Part shown: positions 26,328 through 40,000 of the stretch, piece after piece
Position numbering within the stretch: position 1 is the first letter of the stretch
Layout of the letters: each line of letters starts with the position of its first letter
NCBI RefSeq assembly: GCF_006345805.1
Contig: NC_043002.1
Coordinates: 74,152,001-74,216,000, forward strand
DNA: 64,000 bases
From: Octopus sinensis
Taxonomy: Eukaryota
Reading direction: 5' to 3'
Notes under the pieces: generated by a model
What the model was told of the DNA's origin: nothing
Seen by the model: only the letters and a program-made list of their open reading frames with translations
Databases searched by the model: none
Position numbers and translations under genes: made by a program

Positions 26328-27361
26328 CACACACCAGGCTTTTTGTGTTTCCTTTTACTAAGTCCAGTCACAAGGCTTTGGCTGGCCTGGGGCTATAGTA
26401 GAAAACACTTACCCAAGGTACCATGTTGTGGGACTGATTGCAAAACCATGTGATTAGGAAGCAAACTTCTTGGATGAATATATTATTGGAGTTATTGTTT
26501 TACAGACAGTTGCCCTTCATAGCTCTTATCTTTTTTCTAAGTAAGAGAGAATTTATTCTACCTGGCTTCAAAGACATGAAGTGCTCAGACAATTGGTTGA
26601 TAGGAGAAACTGACAACACTGTGTTCCACACTTTTGAATGAGCAATTGCAGCTGAAAGCAAACATACAGGCTCTCATATGTACCTGTGTGTGTGTGTGAG
26701 TATACACACACACACACATCAGTTCAGATCTGGAGAATATGGTCCTTAGTTACCTTCATGAAGTTAGTTTTCACATCATCCAGTCTTCTAGGGGTTCAAT
26801 TCCCTTTAAGCCCTCTGATATAATTTCTATGGCTGGGTGCTCTTTCTCCCATGAACAACTTCACAGAGTACAAAGTACATTTTATTATGGCACCAATACA
26901 AGAGAGGTTGTCTTATCTCAGGCAAAACTAAGTAAAGGATCTTAGTTGTCTGAGTACAAGAATACTTATTTTGACCTCAGCAGAACTAAATAGAGTCCTC
27001 TCTTCCTTGCATTTAGTTTGTTCATGTACTTTGACCTACTCAGGCACCACCAAACCATTTGTCTTTCCCCTCTTGTACACCCATCCCTTTCTCACCAAAA
27101 AGCTGGCCCTCTGGAATTTTTTCCCTGCAAGATGTTGACCTGAAACAGTTTAAATGAACATCTGAACATTAACAATGTCAAGCTCACTGGTCTTACAGAA
27201 CCTGCAAAGACCCAAGTGTTGCCCTTCTTCTAATCTCAGAAAATAACATATGTAGGGTAGGAAGAGAGCAACTTAGTGAGATATTAACAGAAGAGAACTT
27301 GAGTGACAGGAATAAGAGAGATGCATGTTCACCCTTTTGTTATAATATTTCTGTTGAAATA

Positions 27362-27575
27362 AAGTGGCAAGCTGGCAGAAACATTAGCATGCTGGATGAA
27401 ATGCTTAGTGGTATTTCCTCTGTCTTTACATTCTGAGTTCAAATTCCACCAAGGTCGACTTTCCCTTTCATCCTTTCGGGGTTGATAAATTAAGTACCTG
27501 TCGCGTACTGGAGCTGATCTAATTGACTGGCCCCTCCCCCAAAATTTCAGGCCTTGTACCTAGGGTAGAAAAGAA
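27362..27575 (+). mobile_element. tRNA-derived SINE with cctttcatcctttcgggg core (minus-strand copies near 34965-35150 and 63025-63235)
   Basis: tggcagaa A-box-like and gagttcaaattcc B-box-like head; repeated in the window. Confidence 0.7.
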
Positions 27576-29333
27576 TATTTCTGTTGAAATACACTGCTAA
27601 ATTTATATCATAGAACTTGTGACTGTATCAGGTGGGTTGGTATCAAAAAGGTTAAATAATAAATCATTTTATTAATTATGTCAATTTGCATATATATCAT
27701 CATCATTATCTACTATCTGTTTTCTGTGCTGGCATGGGTTAAACAGTTTGACTGGATATGTTTAAGCTGGAAAGCTGCATCAGGTTCCAGTCTGGCTTGG
27801 TTTTTACAGCTTGATGCCCTTTCTAACACCAACCTCTAAACAGAATGTAATGAGAGCCTTTCATGTCACCAGCATATATATATATACACATACGCACACA
27901 GTCTGACAATGGCTTAACTAGCCGAAACTTTGAAGGCACTGTCAACAATATTCTTGTTTAAGAATAAACTTGTATTCTACAAAAGTATTCAGATTAATGT
28001 GAAACTGTTTTTATTATAACTGAACGTAAAAAAACATTAACAGAATGTGTGTGTGTGTGTATTTTCTCTGACTATTCTCTCACTTTCCTTATGCTTTTCT
28101 CTTTCTTCTGACGAAGGACTAATGTCTGAAATTCTTACTATTAAAGCTTTAAGCAAAAACCTTATTTGTTAAACCTCGTTTCTCTGGTGTTGTCATTTTT
28201 GTTTTTGTTCATTGTATTTACACTAGTATATTTGATGACAAAAAGGCCCCCAATTTCAGCTGTGCATATTCAGGACAAAAAGTTTAAGTGCATTAAAGCT
28301 TATGGGAGGTTTAGGGATATTTTTTGGAGGTAAAAAGTGTTTCGTATGCCATCAAATACATTATGTTTTGCTATTAAGAATGTATTTTAGAAGTGGAAAC
28401 CATTCTGAATGAAATTTAAAAACTCTCATAGCTCTACTGAATGTATTGACAGCAATCATGCAGTTTCCAGATATAAAAGTAAAATAAGTAGGCTGGAGGG
28501 AAAGAAAAAGATATATTGTTTTATTCTTTCACTTGTTTCAGTCATTGGGCTGCAGTCATTATGGGGCACTGCCTTGACAGTTTTAGCTGATTGAATCCCC
28601 TCCAATACTTCTTTTTTTCTGAAGTCTAATAATTGTTCTCTTGATCTCATTTGCCCAGCAACTAAGTTACAAGGACATAAACAAACCAACATTGATTTTC
28701 AGGTATTGTGGATGGGGACAAAGACATGCACATATGCATACATACATATGAGTATATATATCGTCATCATCCTTTAACGGCCATTTTCCATGCTGGTATA
28801 GGTTGAACAGTTTGACCAAAGTTAGCAATCTGGAGAGATGCACCAGGTTCTATGGGTGGATGCCCTTCATAACACCAACCACTTTACAGTGTGCACTGGG
28901 TGCTTTTAATGTGGCACCAGCACAAGCACTTCTATGTGATGACAACATGGGTACTTTATATATCTATCTATATATGTAGACACAAAATGGGCTTCCACAC
29001 AGTTTCCTTCTGCTAAATCCACTCACAAGGCATTGGTAAGCCCAGGGTTACCTTACAAGACACTTGCTCAAGTTGCTGTGAATGAACCTGAAAGCAAGTA
29101 ATTGCAAACTTCTTAACATCACTTTTTACTATTCACTAAGCTCTAAATAAGAGCTATAAGGTGGTTTACTAACTGTTGGGATAGTATATGCACATTATAA
29201 TTAACACAGTCATGGGAGTGATGAGGTGTAATTAATTTTTTTTATAGACAGAATTGATAAAATTAGAAAGAATGGAAATTAAAAGACAATTTTTTCTTTA
29301 ATGTTATTTTCAGAAAGGAATCATAAATATTAT

Positions 29334-29339
29334 TTTATT
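29334..29339 (-). terminator. Candidate polyadenylation signal AATAAA for EXOC7
   Basis: tttatt on + strand about 310 nt downstream of the stop; AT-rich context makes it non-unique. Confidence 0.4.
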
Positions 29340-29649
29340 AAATACTTAATTCGTTTAAATAAAAAGCAAAATTAAAGCTTAATTTAAAATGAAATAATCA
29401 TAACAACTAACAAATGACAAAAATTCCAAAGCACTTTGCAAGAGTTCTTCTGGTCATCAAATGGTTCTGTTCAATATCTTGCTAAACACAGAGTCTCTAG
29501 AAATGCAATCAAACATTAATATACTCAGCACTTTAATGAGACAGCAACCTTCTTGGCCTGAGATTTTGTAGCATTATCTGTACTGAGAGTATGTTGAGTC
29601 ATGCTAATATAAAGAAACAAAAATACTTGATGAAAGTATGTAATCAAAG

Positions 29650-29886
29650 TTAAGCAGATGCATCAAAAAATTTATCGATCATTTTGCCAACATCTTCTAC
29701 GGTGTATTTGATATATTTATCAGGATTTTTTGTGAAGTTCAACTGAGTATATTTGTCTCGAAACATTTGGTACATAGGAAGGATGTAATCTTTGTTTTCT
29801 TTCTTTAATGACTGTCTTAAATCGAGGTCTGGAATAGCATAGCTTTTTTGAATGCGGTAAATCTCTTCTAGTTCTTTGTTGAAACC
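29650..29886 (-). CDS. EXOC7: EXOC7 terminal coding exon (GFNKELEEIYRIQKSYAIPD...FTKNPDKYIKYTVEDVGKMIDKFFDASA*)
   Basis: 237 nt including TAA, acceptor ttctag; conserved Exo70 C-terminus. Confidence 0.96.
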   Translation of the reverse strand, partial: GFNKELEEIYRIQKSYAIPDLDLRQSLKKENKDYILPMYQMFRDKYTQLNFTKNPDKYIKYTVEDVGKMIDKFFDASA

Positions 29887-30918
29887 CTAGAAAAGAAAAT
29901 TTGAAGTAAATTTTGAAGACAGTAATAAAGTGCTGCTTTGAGTTACATAGTAAGCTTATACATACACACACATATGCAAATACAGATAATACATGTGTGT
30001 GTGTATGTATATTTATACATGCATACTCAATTTCAAATAGATTTGTTTATTTGCGAATAAAAGACTGGGAAGTAGGAAAAACATAAAAGAAACATAGAAA
30101 TATCACTGATAAAAAAATTGAAATAAAGTACAGTAGCAACATTTTGTATCTTATCTTTATCTTCTGTTTGAGTCATTTGACTGTGGCTATGGTGGGGCAC
30201 CACCTTGAAGGCTTTTAATGGAACAAATTGACCCCAGCGTTTATGATTTTTAAAAAAAGTCTTGTATGTTTGTATGTATGTGTGTGTGTATACATACACA
30301 CATACATACATATACACACATATATATACACACACATACATACATATACACACATACATACATATATATATACTGCATGTATAGAAGCATGATAAGAAAA
30401 CTGCATGCATGCATTAAGGAACACATGCAGGCAGACACTTCCCTGAAGAAACGTCTACAGAAATGCCAAGCCCAGTAATTCACAGTGCACGTGAAGGCAA
30501 CACAGTGAGACAGGGGCAACCTTAGAATCTCTGAGGGCATCCTCATACACCAAAAGAAAACCAAGGTCAACAATACAAGGGAGTTACAGGAAGCTAGCTG
30601 GTTGCTATAGTAACAGCCTTCAGTGTATGTCCACTCCACACACGCTCACACATATGCTCATCAGCAACATTCGTCAATTTCTTGAATATGGGGTCATAAC
30701 CCGAAATATTGAATAGAAAGTAAGTCTACATTAATTCACATATTTGTTTTCTTGTGATTTACCTTCCATTTACTTTGCATTGTTTTGGCCTTAACCTACA
30801 ATCTTTTATACAATATATATATGTACTACAGAATAATTGTCACATATTATATTTACGGATATATATATACATATATATGTATATATATATATATATATAT
30901 ACATACATATATAATATA

Positions 30919-30949
<31 letters not shown>

Positions 30950-33900
30950 TATGTATATATATATATATACCTAGCTAAAACCAAAGTCGTAATAAGTAGG
31001 AAGGCAGACAAACCACAAATCCCTTCAAGTAGATGGCTCTGCTTGATCTGTAGAAAAGACGTAGGTAGAAACTCTATAAGATGTATCCAGTGTAAGCTTT
31101 GGACACATAAGAGATCCAGCAATATCAAAGGCAGGCTAACTGGGAAGATTCCAGGGAGAAAAACTAGAAGCAGTTGATAGCTTCCATTACCTAGGTGACC
31201 AAGTCAATAGCGGGGGAGGGTGCACTGAAAGTGTAGCTGCTAGAATAAGAATAGCCTGGGCAAAGTTCAGTGAGCTCTTACATCTGCTGGTGACAAAGGG
31301 CCTCTTACTCAGAGTAAAAGGTAGACTGTATGACGCATGTGTACGAACAGCCATGCTACATGGCAGTGAAACATGCACCCTGATTGCTGAGGATATGCAT
31401 AAGCTCGCAAGGAATGAAGCCAGTATGCTCCGATGGATGTGTAATGTCAGTGTGCATAGTCGACAGAGTGTAAGTACCTTGAGAGAAAAGTTAGACCTAA
31501 GAAGCATCAGATGTGGTGTGCAAGAGAGACGACTGCGCTGGTATGGTCATGTGACGAGAATGGATGAGGATAGCTGTGTGAAAAAGTGCCACATCCTAGC
31601 GGTTGAGTGAACCTGTGGAAGAGGTATACCAAGAAGACCTGGGATGAGGTGGTGGAGCATGATCTTCGAACAGTAGGCTTCACCGAGGCAATGACTAGTA
31701 ACCGAGACCTTTGGAAATATGCAGTGCATGAGAAAACCTGGCAAGCCAAGTAAGACCGTAAACTATGGCCTATGCCAGGAGTGTAACCACCCACTTATGC
31801 GTATCTTTCCTTCATTGGACACTAAACTCTGCTTGTGAAGACCTGTTGAGGGAATTGAAACTGAATCAAATTCGATGACTGGCACCAGTGCCAGTGGGGT
31901 GCTAAGAGTACCATCCGGGCATGATCATTGCCAGAGAAGCTGACCAGCTACCATGCCAGTGGCACGTGAAAAAACATTCAAGCGAGGTCATTGCCAGTGC
32001 CGCTGGACTGGCTCCTGTGCAGGTGGCATGTTAAAAACACCATTTGAGCGTGGCCGTTGCCAGTACCACCTGACTGGCCCTCATGCTGGTGGCACGTAAA
32101 AGCACCTGCTACATTCTCAGAGTGGTTGGCATTAGGAAGGGCATCCAGCTGTAGAAAGTCTGCCAGATCAGATTGGAGTCTGGTGGGCCAGTCCTCAGTC
32201 AAATCATCCAACCCATGCTAGCTTGGAAAGCAGATGTTAAACGATGATGATGAAGACAGTACTCCAGCATGGCCGCAGTCAAATGGCCGAAAGAAGTAAA
32301 AGAATATAATATATATAACGGCTGAAGGAACCTGTGGAAGAGGTAGACCCAGGAAGACCTGGGAGGAAGCGGTGAAGCACGACCTTCGAACTTTAGGCCT
32401 CACCGAGGCAATGAATGGTGACCGAGACTTTTGGAAATATGCTGTGCTTGAGAAGACCCGGCAAGCCAAGTGAGACCATAACCACGTGGCCTATGCCAGG
32501 GGCATAACCAGCCTACTTATGTGTACCTTTCCTTTTTTGGACACTAAACTCTGCTTGTGAAGACCTGTTGAGGCAAGTGAAATCGAAATGAAATTTGATG
32601 ACTGGCATCTGTGCTAGTGGGGCGCTAAGAGCACCATCTGAGCGTGATCATTGACAGAGCAGCTAACTGGCTTCCGTGCCGGTGGCACGTAAAAGGCACC
32701 AATCAAGCGTGTGTGAATGTATGTTATTTTCAGGTCACAACTAAACCCTAATCTAAGCCTATGCTAACATAGCAAAAGGGGGCTCAGGAGCCTTTAAAAG
32801 GCAGTGACTAATCCTGATCTAGTCCTAACCCCTCCTAGGGGTACTATTAGTCAAGGCTGCATCAAAAATATGCATTAGAGAAGGCTGCATCGAAGATCTG
32901 CATTGGAGAAGGTTGCATCGAAGGTTTGTATTGGAGATCTGCAGTGAAGAAGGTTGACTCAAAGATTTGGATCGCCTGCAGGGGGCAAGTTACCTGGTCG
33001 GGGAGGAAAGGTAAGAGGCCTTAATGCTTTGATTTAAAATTCGAATTTGCTATTTTTTGGTAAAAGGCTCAGTGCCTCATCTTGTAAGGATGATTGCGTC
33101 CATTCTTTGAACTTTGGTAAGAGGTTAATACCTCATTTTGTGTTATTGAGAAAAAGGGAACAATGTTTTTGGGAAACAGCAATCAGTGGGCTTTGTCTGC
33201 TTTCCCCACCGACCATCTTTTCATTTTTTTCATTCCATTATCATTTGCGTCTTTGTCCAGCCTGCAGCTACATCTTTGTAAGGCTGCATGGCCAATTTAT
33301 GAAATAAAATAGCTTGCTTACCAACCAGATGGTTTCAGATTCAGTCGCACGGCATGGCACTTTGGGCAGGTGTCTTCTACTATAGCCTCTGTCTGACCAA
33401 AGCCTTGTGAGTGATTTGATAGACGGAAACTGAAAAATGCCCGTTGTGTGTGTGTGTGTGTGTTTGTGTGTGCGCACGTGCGCGTTTGTCCCCCAACATC
33501 GCTTGACAACCGATGCTGGTGTGTAAACACACTGCCATCGGTTGTCAAGCGATGTTGGGGGGACAAACACAGATACATAAACATATACAAACACACACAT
33601 ATATATATATATATGTACAAACATACATATATATATACGCGATGGGCTTCTTTCAGTTTCCGTCTACCAAATCCACTTACAAGTCTTTGGTCGTCCCGAG
33701 TAGAAGACACTTGCCCAAGGTGTCACACAGTGGGTCTGAACCTGGAACCATGTGGTTGGTAAGCAAGCTACTTATCACACAGCTACTCCTGCACCTATAT
33801 ATATCATCATCATCATCATCATTTAGCGTCCGTTTTCCATGCTAGCATATGTTGGACGGTTTAACTGGGGTCTGTGAAGCCGGAAGGCTTCATCAGGCCC

Positions 33901-34035
33901 AGTCAGATTTGGCAGTGTTTCTACGGCTGGATGCCCTTCCTAACGCCAACCACTCCGTGAGTGTAGTGGGTGCTTTTTACGTGCCACCTGTACAGGTGCC
34001 AGACAGAGCTGGCAAACGGCCACGAATGGATGGTG

Positions 34036-34077
<42 letters not shown>

Positions 34078-37000
34078 ATGGGTTTTCATACAGTTTCTGT
34101 CTATCAAATTAATAATTCATTCAAAGACACTTGTCGTAGGTGTCAAATAGTGGGACTGAACCCAAAACCATGCGGTTGCAAAATGAGCATCTTAGCCACA
34201 AAGCCATGTCATGTAGTTAAGGTAATAACTTTAGAAAGGTAATTTTGCTGAAAACAATAAAAACTGTATTTAAAATATCATATATGCTAAATACAAAAAC
34301 ATATCATATATGCTAAAAAAAAAACAAACAAATAAAAAAAAAAAACTACTATTCACCAACTGCAAAGATAAATATTTTGAAAAATAAATGTAAATGTACT
34401 TACAGTAAACTTATCTTTAATATTTTGTCTTTCTTTATCTTTCAGCTGAAATGAATTATAAATGTACTATTAAGTACATGATTAAAAATGAAAATAAAAA
34501 TTTAATACTGTGAGATACTGTGTTTTAATGGCTTAACCCTTTTGTTACCAGAGTTACACTGAATTCTATTATTTTTGAAAATAATAAAGATTTTTAGAAA
34601 TATAACTTTGTCACTATTAAGTTGGTGTTTGGAATATAAATCAACATGAAATTTTGATTAAAGGTTTCAATTTAGATCAGGGATTTGTATCATGGAACCA
34701 ATGATGGTTTCAGGCAGACTGGTATCAAAAAGGCTAAACTAATCAGATGCCACCTCTTGTTTGGATTTTCAGCAATTACAAGTAGAGAGTTGCTGTCACT
34801 CTTCATGGCAGAATAATTAATTATAACAACTCCCTGTATGAAATTTTTCCCCATTTTGTTTTTTAAAAGGAATGTGAGAAAGGGTGAGTAAATTAATTTG
34901 TCTGAATTTTGATTGGTAAAATTCTTATCCCTATCATCGTTTTAACATCCACATTTCCATGCTTTTCTATTCTAGGCACAACACCCGAAATTTTGGGGGG
35001 AGGAGGTGGGGCTAGTCGATTAGACCAACCCCAGTACTCAATTTATCAATTCCGAAAGGATGAAAGGCAAAGTCAACCTTGGCAGAATTTGAACTTAGAA
35101 CGTAAAGACAGATGAAATACACTAAACATTTCACCTGGCGTGCTAATGTTTCTTATTTCTTTATAGCCCATTTGGCATTTCATGTGTTCTGCCAGCTTGC
35201 TACCTTAAGGTATTTTAATATTAAGGTTGTTATAATTTGGCCAGGTATGAATATATTTATATTGATTGTCATTAGACATGGACAAAGCAACAAAACATCA
35301 ATAGTGAGAAAACATTTTAAGGCTTTCTCAAGTTTAATGACACAAATTGTTAGTAATGAATATGAATTACCTTAGCTAGTTCAGGTTGCTGTGCTCGTTG
35401 AACAGAAATTGGTTTGTGAACTTCCAAAATATAATGTAGAACTCGGCTCCAACTAAAAACAAAGAAAATAAACTTTAAAAATCCAGTAATAATGTAAAAC
35501 ATATAAAGTGGAGAAAATATTTTAAAAACTCATTTTAAAATCAATTAAAGATTCTGTAACAATTTTCAGTATAGTATACCCCCAAAAGCACTCTGTCCAC
35601 TTTGTAACATGGTTGGTGTTAGAAAGGGCATCCAGCCACAAAAACCATGCTAAAACAGACAGTGAAATCTGATGCAGTCCTCTAGTTTGCCAGTTCCTGT
35701 CAAACCATTCAACTCATGCCAGCATGAAAGATAGATGTTAAATAATGATGATGATGAAAAAAGAACAAAATCTTTTTTGATGTACATCACTTCTAAAGGT
35801 ACATTTATTAAGCATTTGGTGTTTGGTACTGCTCCTCTAAGCCAATCTCAGACACCACAGTCTCTCTAGCTATAGTTTGCACTAAAGTTCAACTGAAAAA
35901 TTCATTAATGAAGCTGATGGGTGCAAAGGACTTCTACTGAACCCAAAACCTCTTTAGCACAAAGCTGGTGAGAGATTACCTGGATAGCACACTTCTTTAT
36001 TCTATCAACTTTATATTAGGTACAATGATCGACATGGTACACAAGCCATTAATTACAGCATTGGTGAAACATTGTTCTATCATTATGTTTTTCAAAGTTA
36101 ATAACCACCTGGAGCCATGACCATTCACAGGAATGTTATGGCCATTGGGGTTTATATCATTGTCTGCTCTCAAAAGTAGAGGCAACGCTAACAAGATAAG
36201 ATTAATTAGAAATTCTTAGCCATAGTCTCTTACTTGAAGAAACCTGGAAGATATCTGTATCAGTTGAGCAAATTGCATCAGTACTTTATTTTATTACATT
36301 TGAAGAGATGAAAGGTAAAGTTAATTGCAGGATGATTTAAAAGATTGCGATGGGCTGGAACTAAATAAATACCACAAGACATTTTATCTGATGCTTTAAC
36401 AATTCTCTTAATCAACTGCCAAAGCTATTGTAAGTCATTAAATGTACCAGATAGTCTGGTACATATATTTCTTTTAGGGAAACTGAACTCATCACATTTA
36501 TAAAAGCTTAGCCAACAGTGTGTCTGGAGCTTCAAAATTAATCTTCAAATGAATTAAAAAATTTACACATAGGCGTAGGAGTGGCTGTGTGGTAAGTAGT
36601 TTGCTTACAAACAACATGGTTCTGGGTTCAGTCCCACTGCATGGCACCTTGGGCAAGTGTCTTCTACTATAGCCTCAGCCAACCAAAGCCTTGTGAGTGG
36701 ATTTGGTAGACGGAAACTGAAAGAAGCCCGTTGTATGTATGTATATATATGTGTGTGTATATGTTTGTCCCCACAACATCGCTTGACAACTGATGCCGGT
36801 GTGCTTACATACCCATAACTTAGCGGTTCGGCAAAATAGACCGATAGAATAAGTACTAGGCTTACAAAGAATAAGTTCTGGGGTCGATTTGCTCGACTAA
36901 AGGCAGTGCTCCAGCACGGCCACAGTCAAATGACTGAAACGAGTAAAAGAGTTTTACTCTTTTTAGAGAGAGTAAAGACATTTATAAAAGCTTTAGTCAA

Positions 37001-40000
37001 CTTTTAGTAATTACACTTTCAGTAGTCATACACAATATTGATCATAAAACTGAGGTTAAACAAAGTTAAAGCTAGTGGCTATTCACATAAGTTATTCAAT
37101 GAAACACATAACTTATAATATCTAATAAACTGATATCCTGTAAAACAAAGCACAAAATCAGGAGTGGTATAAGAACACAATGAACACACAAGACATGATC
37201 TGATAGTATGAAACTTTGTCTACGTAGCTCTTTTCTCTACTTAAATTTCTGATACTACATGCAAATGCCTAAATCAGTAGCATCTCCCCACTTAAAACAT
37301 GTGTAAAATAGTAACAAAATGTTTCACAAGATGAATAATATACTTATGAAAATTAAAACTAGAGAAAATTATACCTTTGAGAATAATTTTTCTTTTGTTC
37401 AGTGATGTTATTGTCATAGAATGTGCCAACATCTTTATTCCACAAGTGAATAAAGTCCAAAAGACCAGATCTGCAACAAATCATGAAAATCAATTTAAGA
37501 ATTACTACCTAAGACTCAGGACTGGATTCAGATGGGGTGCAGCCCTAAGCTACAAGAACTTGTAGAGACCCTAGGTGGTAAGTATTGATAGAAAATAAGA
37601 GTGTAACAACTGAACTTAGTAAGAATCACCAAAATGTATAATAAAATCAATAAGTAGAGAAAGTGGAGCTTCTTTAGAACTCAAACACATATAATCATTC
37701 TACTTAACAACTTCAAAATGGAAATAGTGTATTGAATTGACATTTGGGCACAATTATAAAATAATAAATTATGATAAACTTGTGTAAATTTTTCAATGTT
37801 AATTAATATAAATCATTACTTAAATCTAAATTATAATAAAACTGTAGCAAAGAAAGGACAATTCCAAGATTTTGAGAGTCTCCTTTTAGAGTGTGTATTT
37901 GTAAGTTATAGGTTTTTACAAAAATGCCTAAATCAAGCCTTACTATTTTGTACTGAGCTGTGGCAGCTTATGCTGTGTAAATGATTTTTCCTTTACAGTC
38001 ATTGTTTGAAGGTCTTCATTTAATGCAATGAACAGATTATTAGCGATAGAACAGAAACATAAAAACTTTAACTAACATTGTCAAACTACAATAAAGATGT
38101 TTTTTCTGCCATTACCAATATACTTAACCCTTTCGTTACTGTATTTATTTTGAGATGCTCTGTGTTTCTTTCAATTACTTTAAATATAACAAAGAATTTA
38201 GTAAAATAACTTAGTTATCATTCAGCTAGTGTTAGGAACATAAATTGTGACTAAGGTTTGGTGGAAGATTTTAATTCAAAACTTATGAAATCAAGACATT
38301 TGTACTCAGAGCCAGAGCTGGTTTCAGCTGGGTTGGTAATGAAAGGGTTAAAGAAAGCAAAAATAAGCAAAGTTGATGTCAAAGGACAGAAGAGGGAGAT
38401 CCAGGAAGACATGAGATGAAGTATTGAAGGCTGATCTTAAGACACTGAGCCTTACAAAGGTGATGTCAAAGGACTGAGATGTCTGGTACCTTGCTGTACT
38501 CAAGAAGACTCATCCACTACAGCAGAATTGATACTGGTACTGGCGCCACATAAAAAGCACTGGTGCTGGTGCCACGTTAAGAGCACTGATGCTGGTTTCA
38601 CATTAAAAGCACTGATGCTGGTGCCACATTAAAAGCACTGATGCTGGTGCCACATTAAAAGCACTGATGCTGGTTCCACATTAAAAGCACTGATGCTGGT
38701 GCCACGTTAAAAGCACTGATGCTGGTTCCACATTAAAAGCACTGATGCTGGTTCCACATAAAAAGCACTGATGCTGGTGCCACATTAAAAGCACTGATGC
38801 TGGTGCCACATTAAAAGCACTGATGCTGGTTCCACGTTAAAAGCACTGATGCTGGTTCCACATTAAAAGCACTGATGCTGGTGTCACATTAAAAGCACTG
38901 ATGCTGGTTCCACATAAAAAGCACTGATGCTGGTGCCACATTAAAAGCACTGATGCTGGTGCCACATTAAAAGCACTGATGCTGGTTCCACATTAAAAGC
39001 ACTGATGCTGGTTCCACATTAAAAGCACTGATGCTGGTGCCACGTTAAAAGCACTGATGCTGGTTCCACATTAAAAGCACTGATGCTGGTGTCACATTAA
39101 AAGCACTGATGCTGTGCCACGTTAAAAGCACTGATGCTGGTTCCACATTAAAAGCACTGATGCTGGTTCCACATAAAAAGCACTGATGCTGGTGCCACAT
39201 TAAAAGCACTGATGCTGGTGCCACGTTAAAAGCACTGATGCTGGTTCCACATTAAAAGCACTGATGCTGGTGTCACATTAAAAGCACTGATGCTGGTGCC
39301 ACGTTAAAAGCACTGATGCTGGTTCCACATTAAAAGCACTGATGCTGGTTCCACATTAAAAGCACTGATGCTGGTGCCACATTAAAAGCACTGATGCTGG
39401 TGCCACATTAAAAGCACTGATGCTGGTGCCACATTAAAAGCACTGATGCTGGTGCCACATTAAAAGCACTGATGCTGGTGTCACATTAAAAGCACTGATG
39501 CTGGTGCCACGTTAAAAGCACTGATGCTGGTTCCACATTAAAAGCACTGATGCTGGTTCCACATTAAAAGCACTGATGCTGGTTCCACATTAAAAGCACT
39601 GATGCTGGTTCCACATTAAAAGCACTGATGCTGGTTCCACATTAAAAGCACTGATGCTGGTGCCACATTAAAAGCACTGATGCTGGTGCCACATTAAAAG
39701 CACTGATGCTGGTTCCACAGTAAAAGCACTGATGCTGGTTCCACATTAAAAGCACTGATGCTAGTGCCATGTTAAAAGCACTGATGCTGGTACCACGTTA
39801 AAAGCACTGATGCTGGTTCCATGTTAAAAGCACTGATGCAGGTACCATGTTAAAAGCACTGATGCTGGTGCTACGTGAAAAGCACTGATGCTGGTACCAT
39901 ATAAAAAGCACCTAGTACACTATGTAAAGTGGTTAGTACTAGGAAGGGCATCCAGCTATAGAAACCATGCTAGAACAGACAATAGAGCCTGGTGCAGCTC

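Noticed and set aside
32860-32970. Three to four degenerate ~28-bp repeats (gaaggctgcatcgaagatctgcattgga) near taaccc-like motifs
   Set aside because: Short and degenerate; likely internal repeats of an unidentified transposon, not telomeric or CRISPR.
35997-36194. LLLRADNDINPNG resembling a 2A-like GDxExNPGP motif
   Set aside because: Key residues are missing and there is no adjoining ORF; at most a decayed LINE remnant.
38533-39911. CRISPR-like regular array
   Set aside because: Units are contiguous with no unique spacers, there are no cas genes, and the context is a eukaryotic intron; it is a minisatellite.
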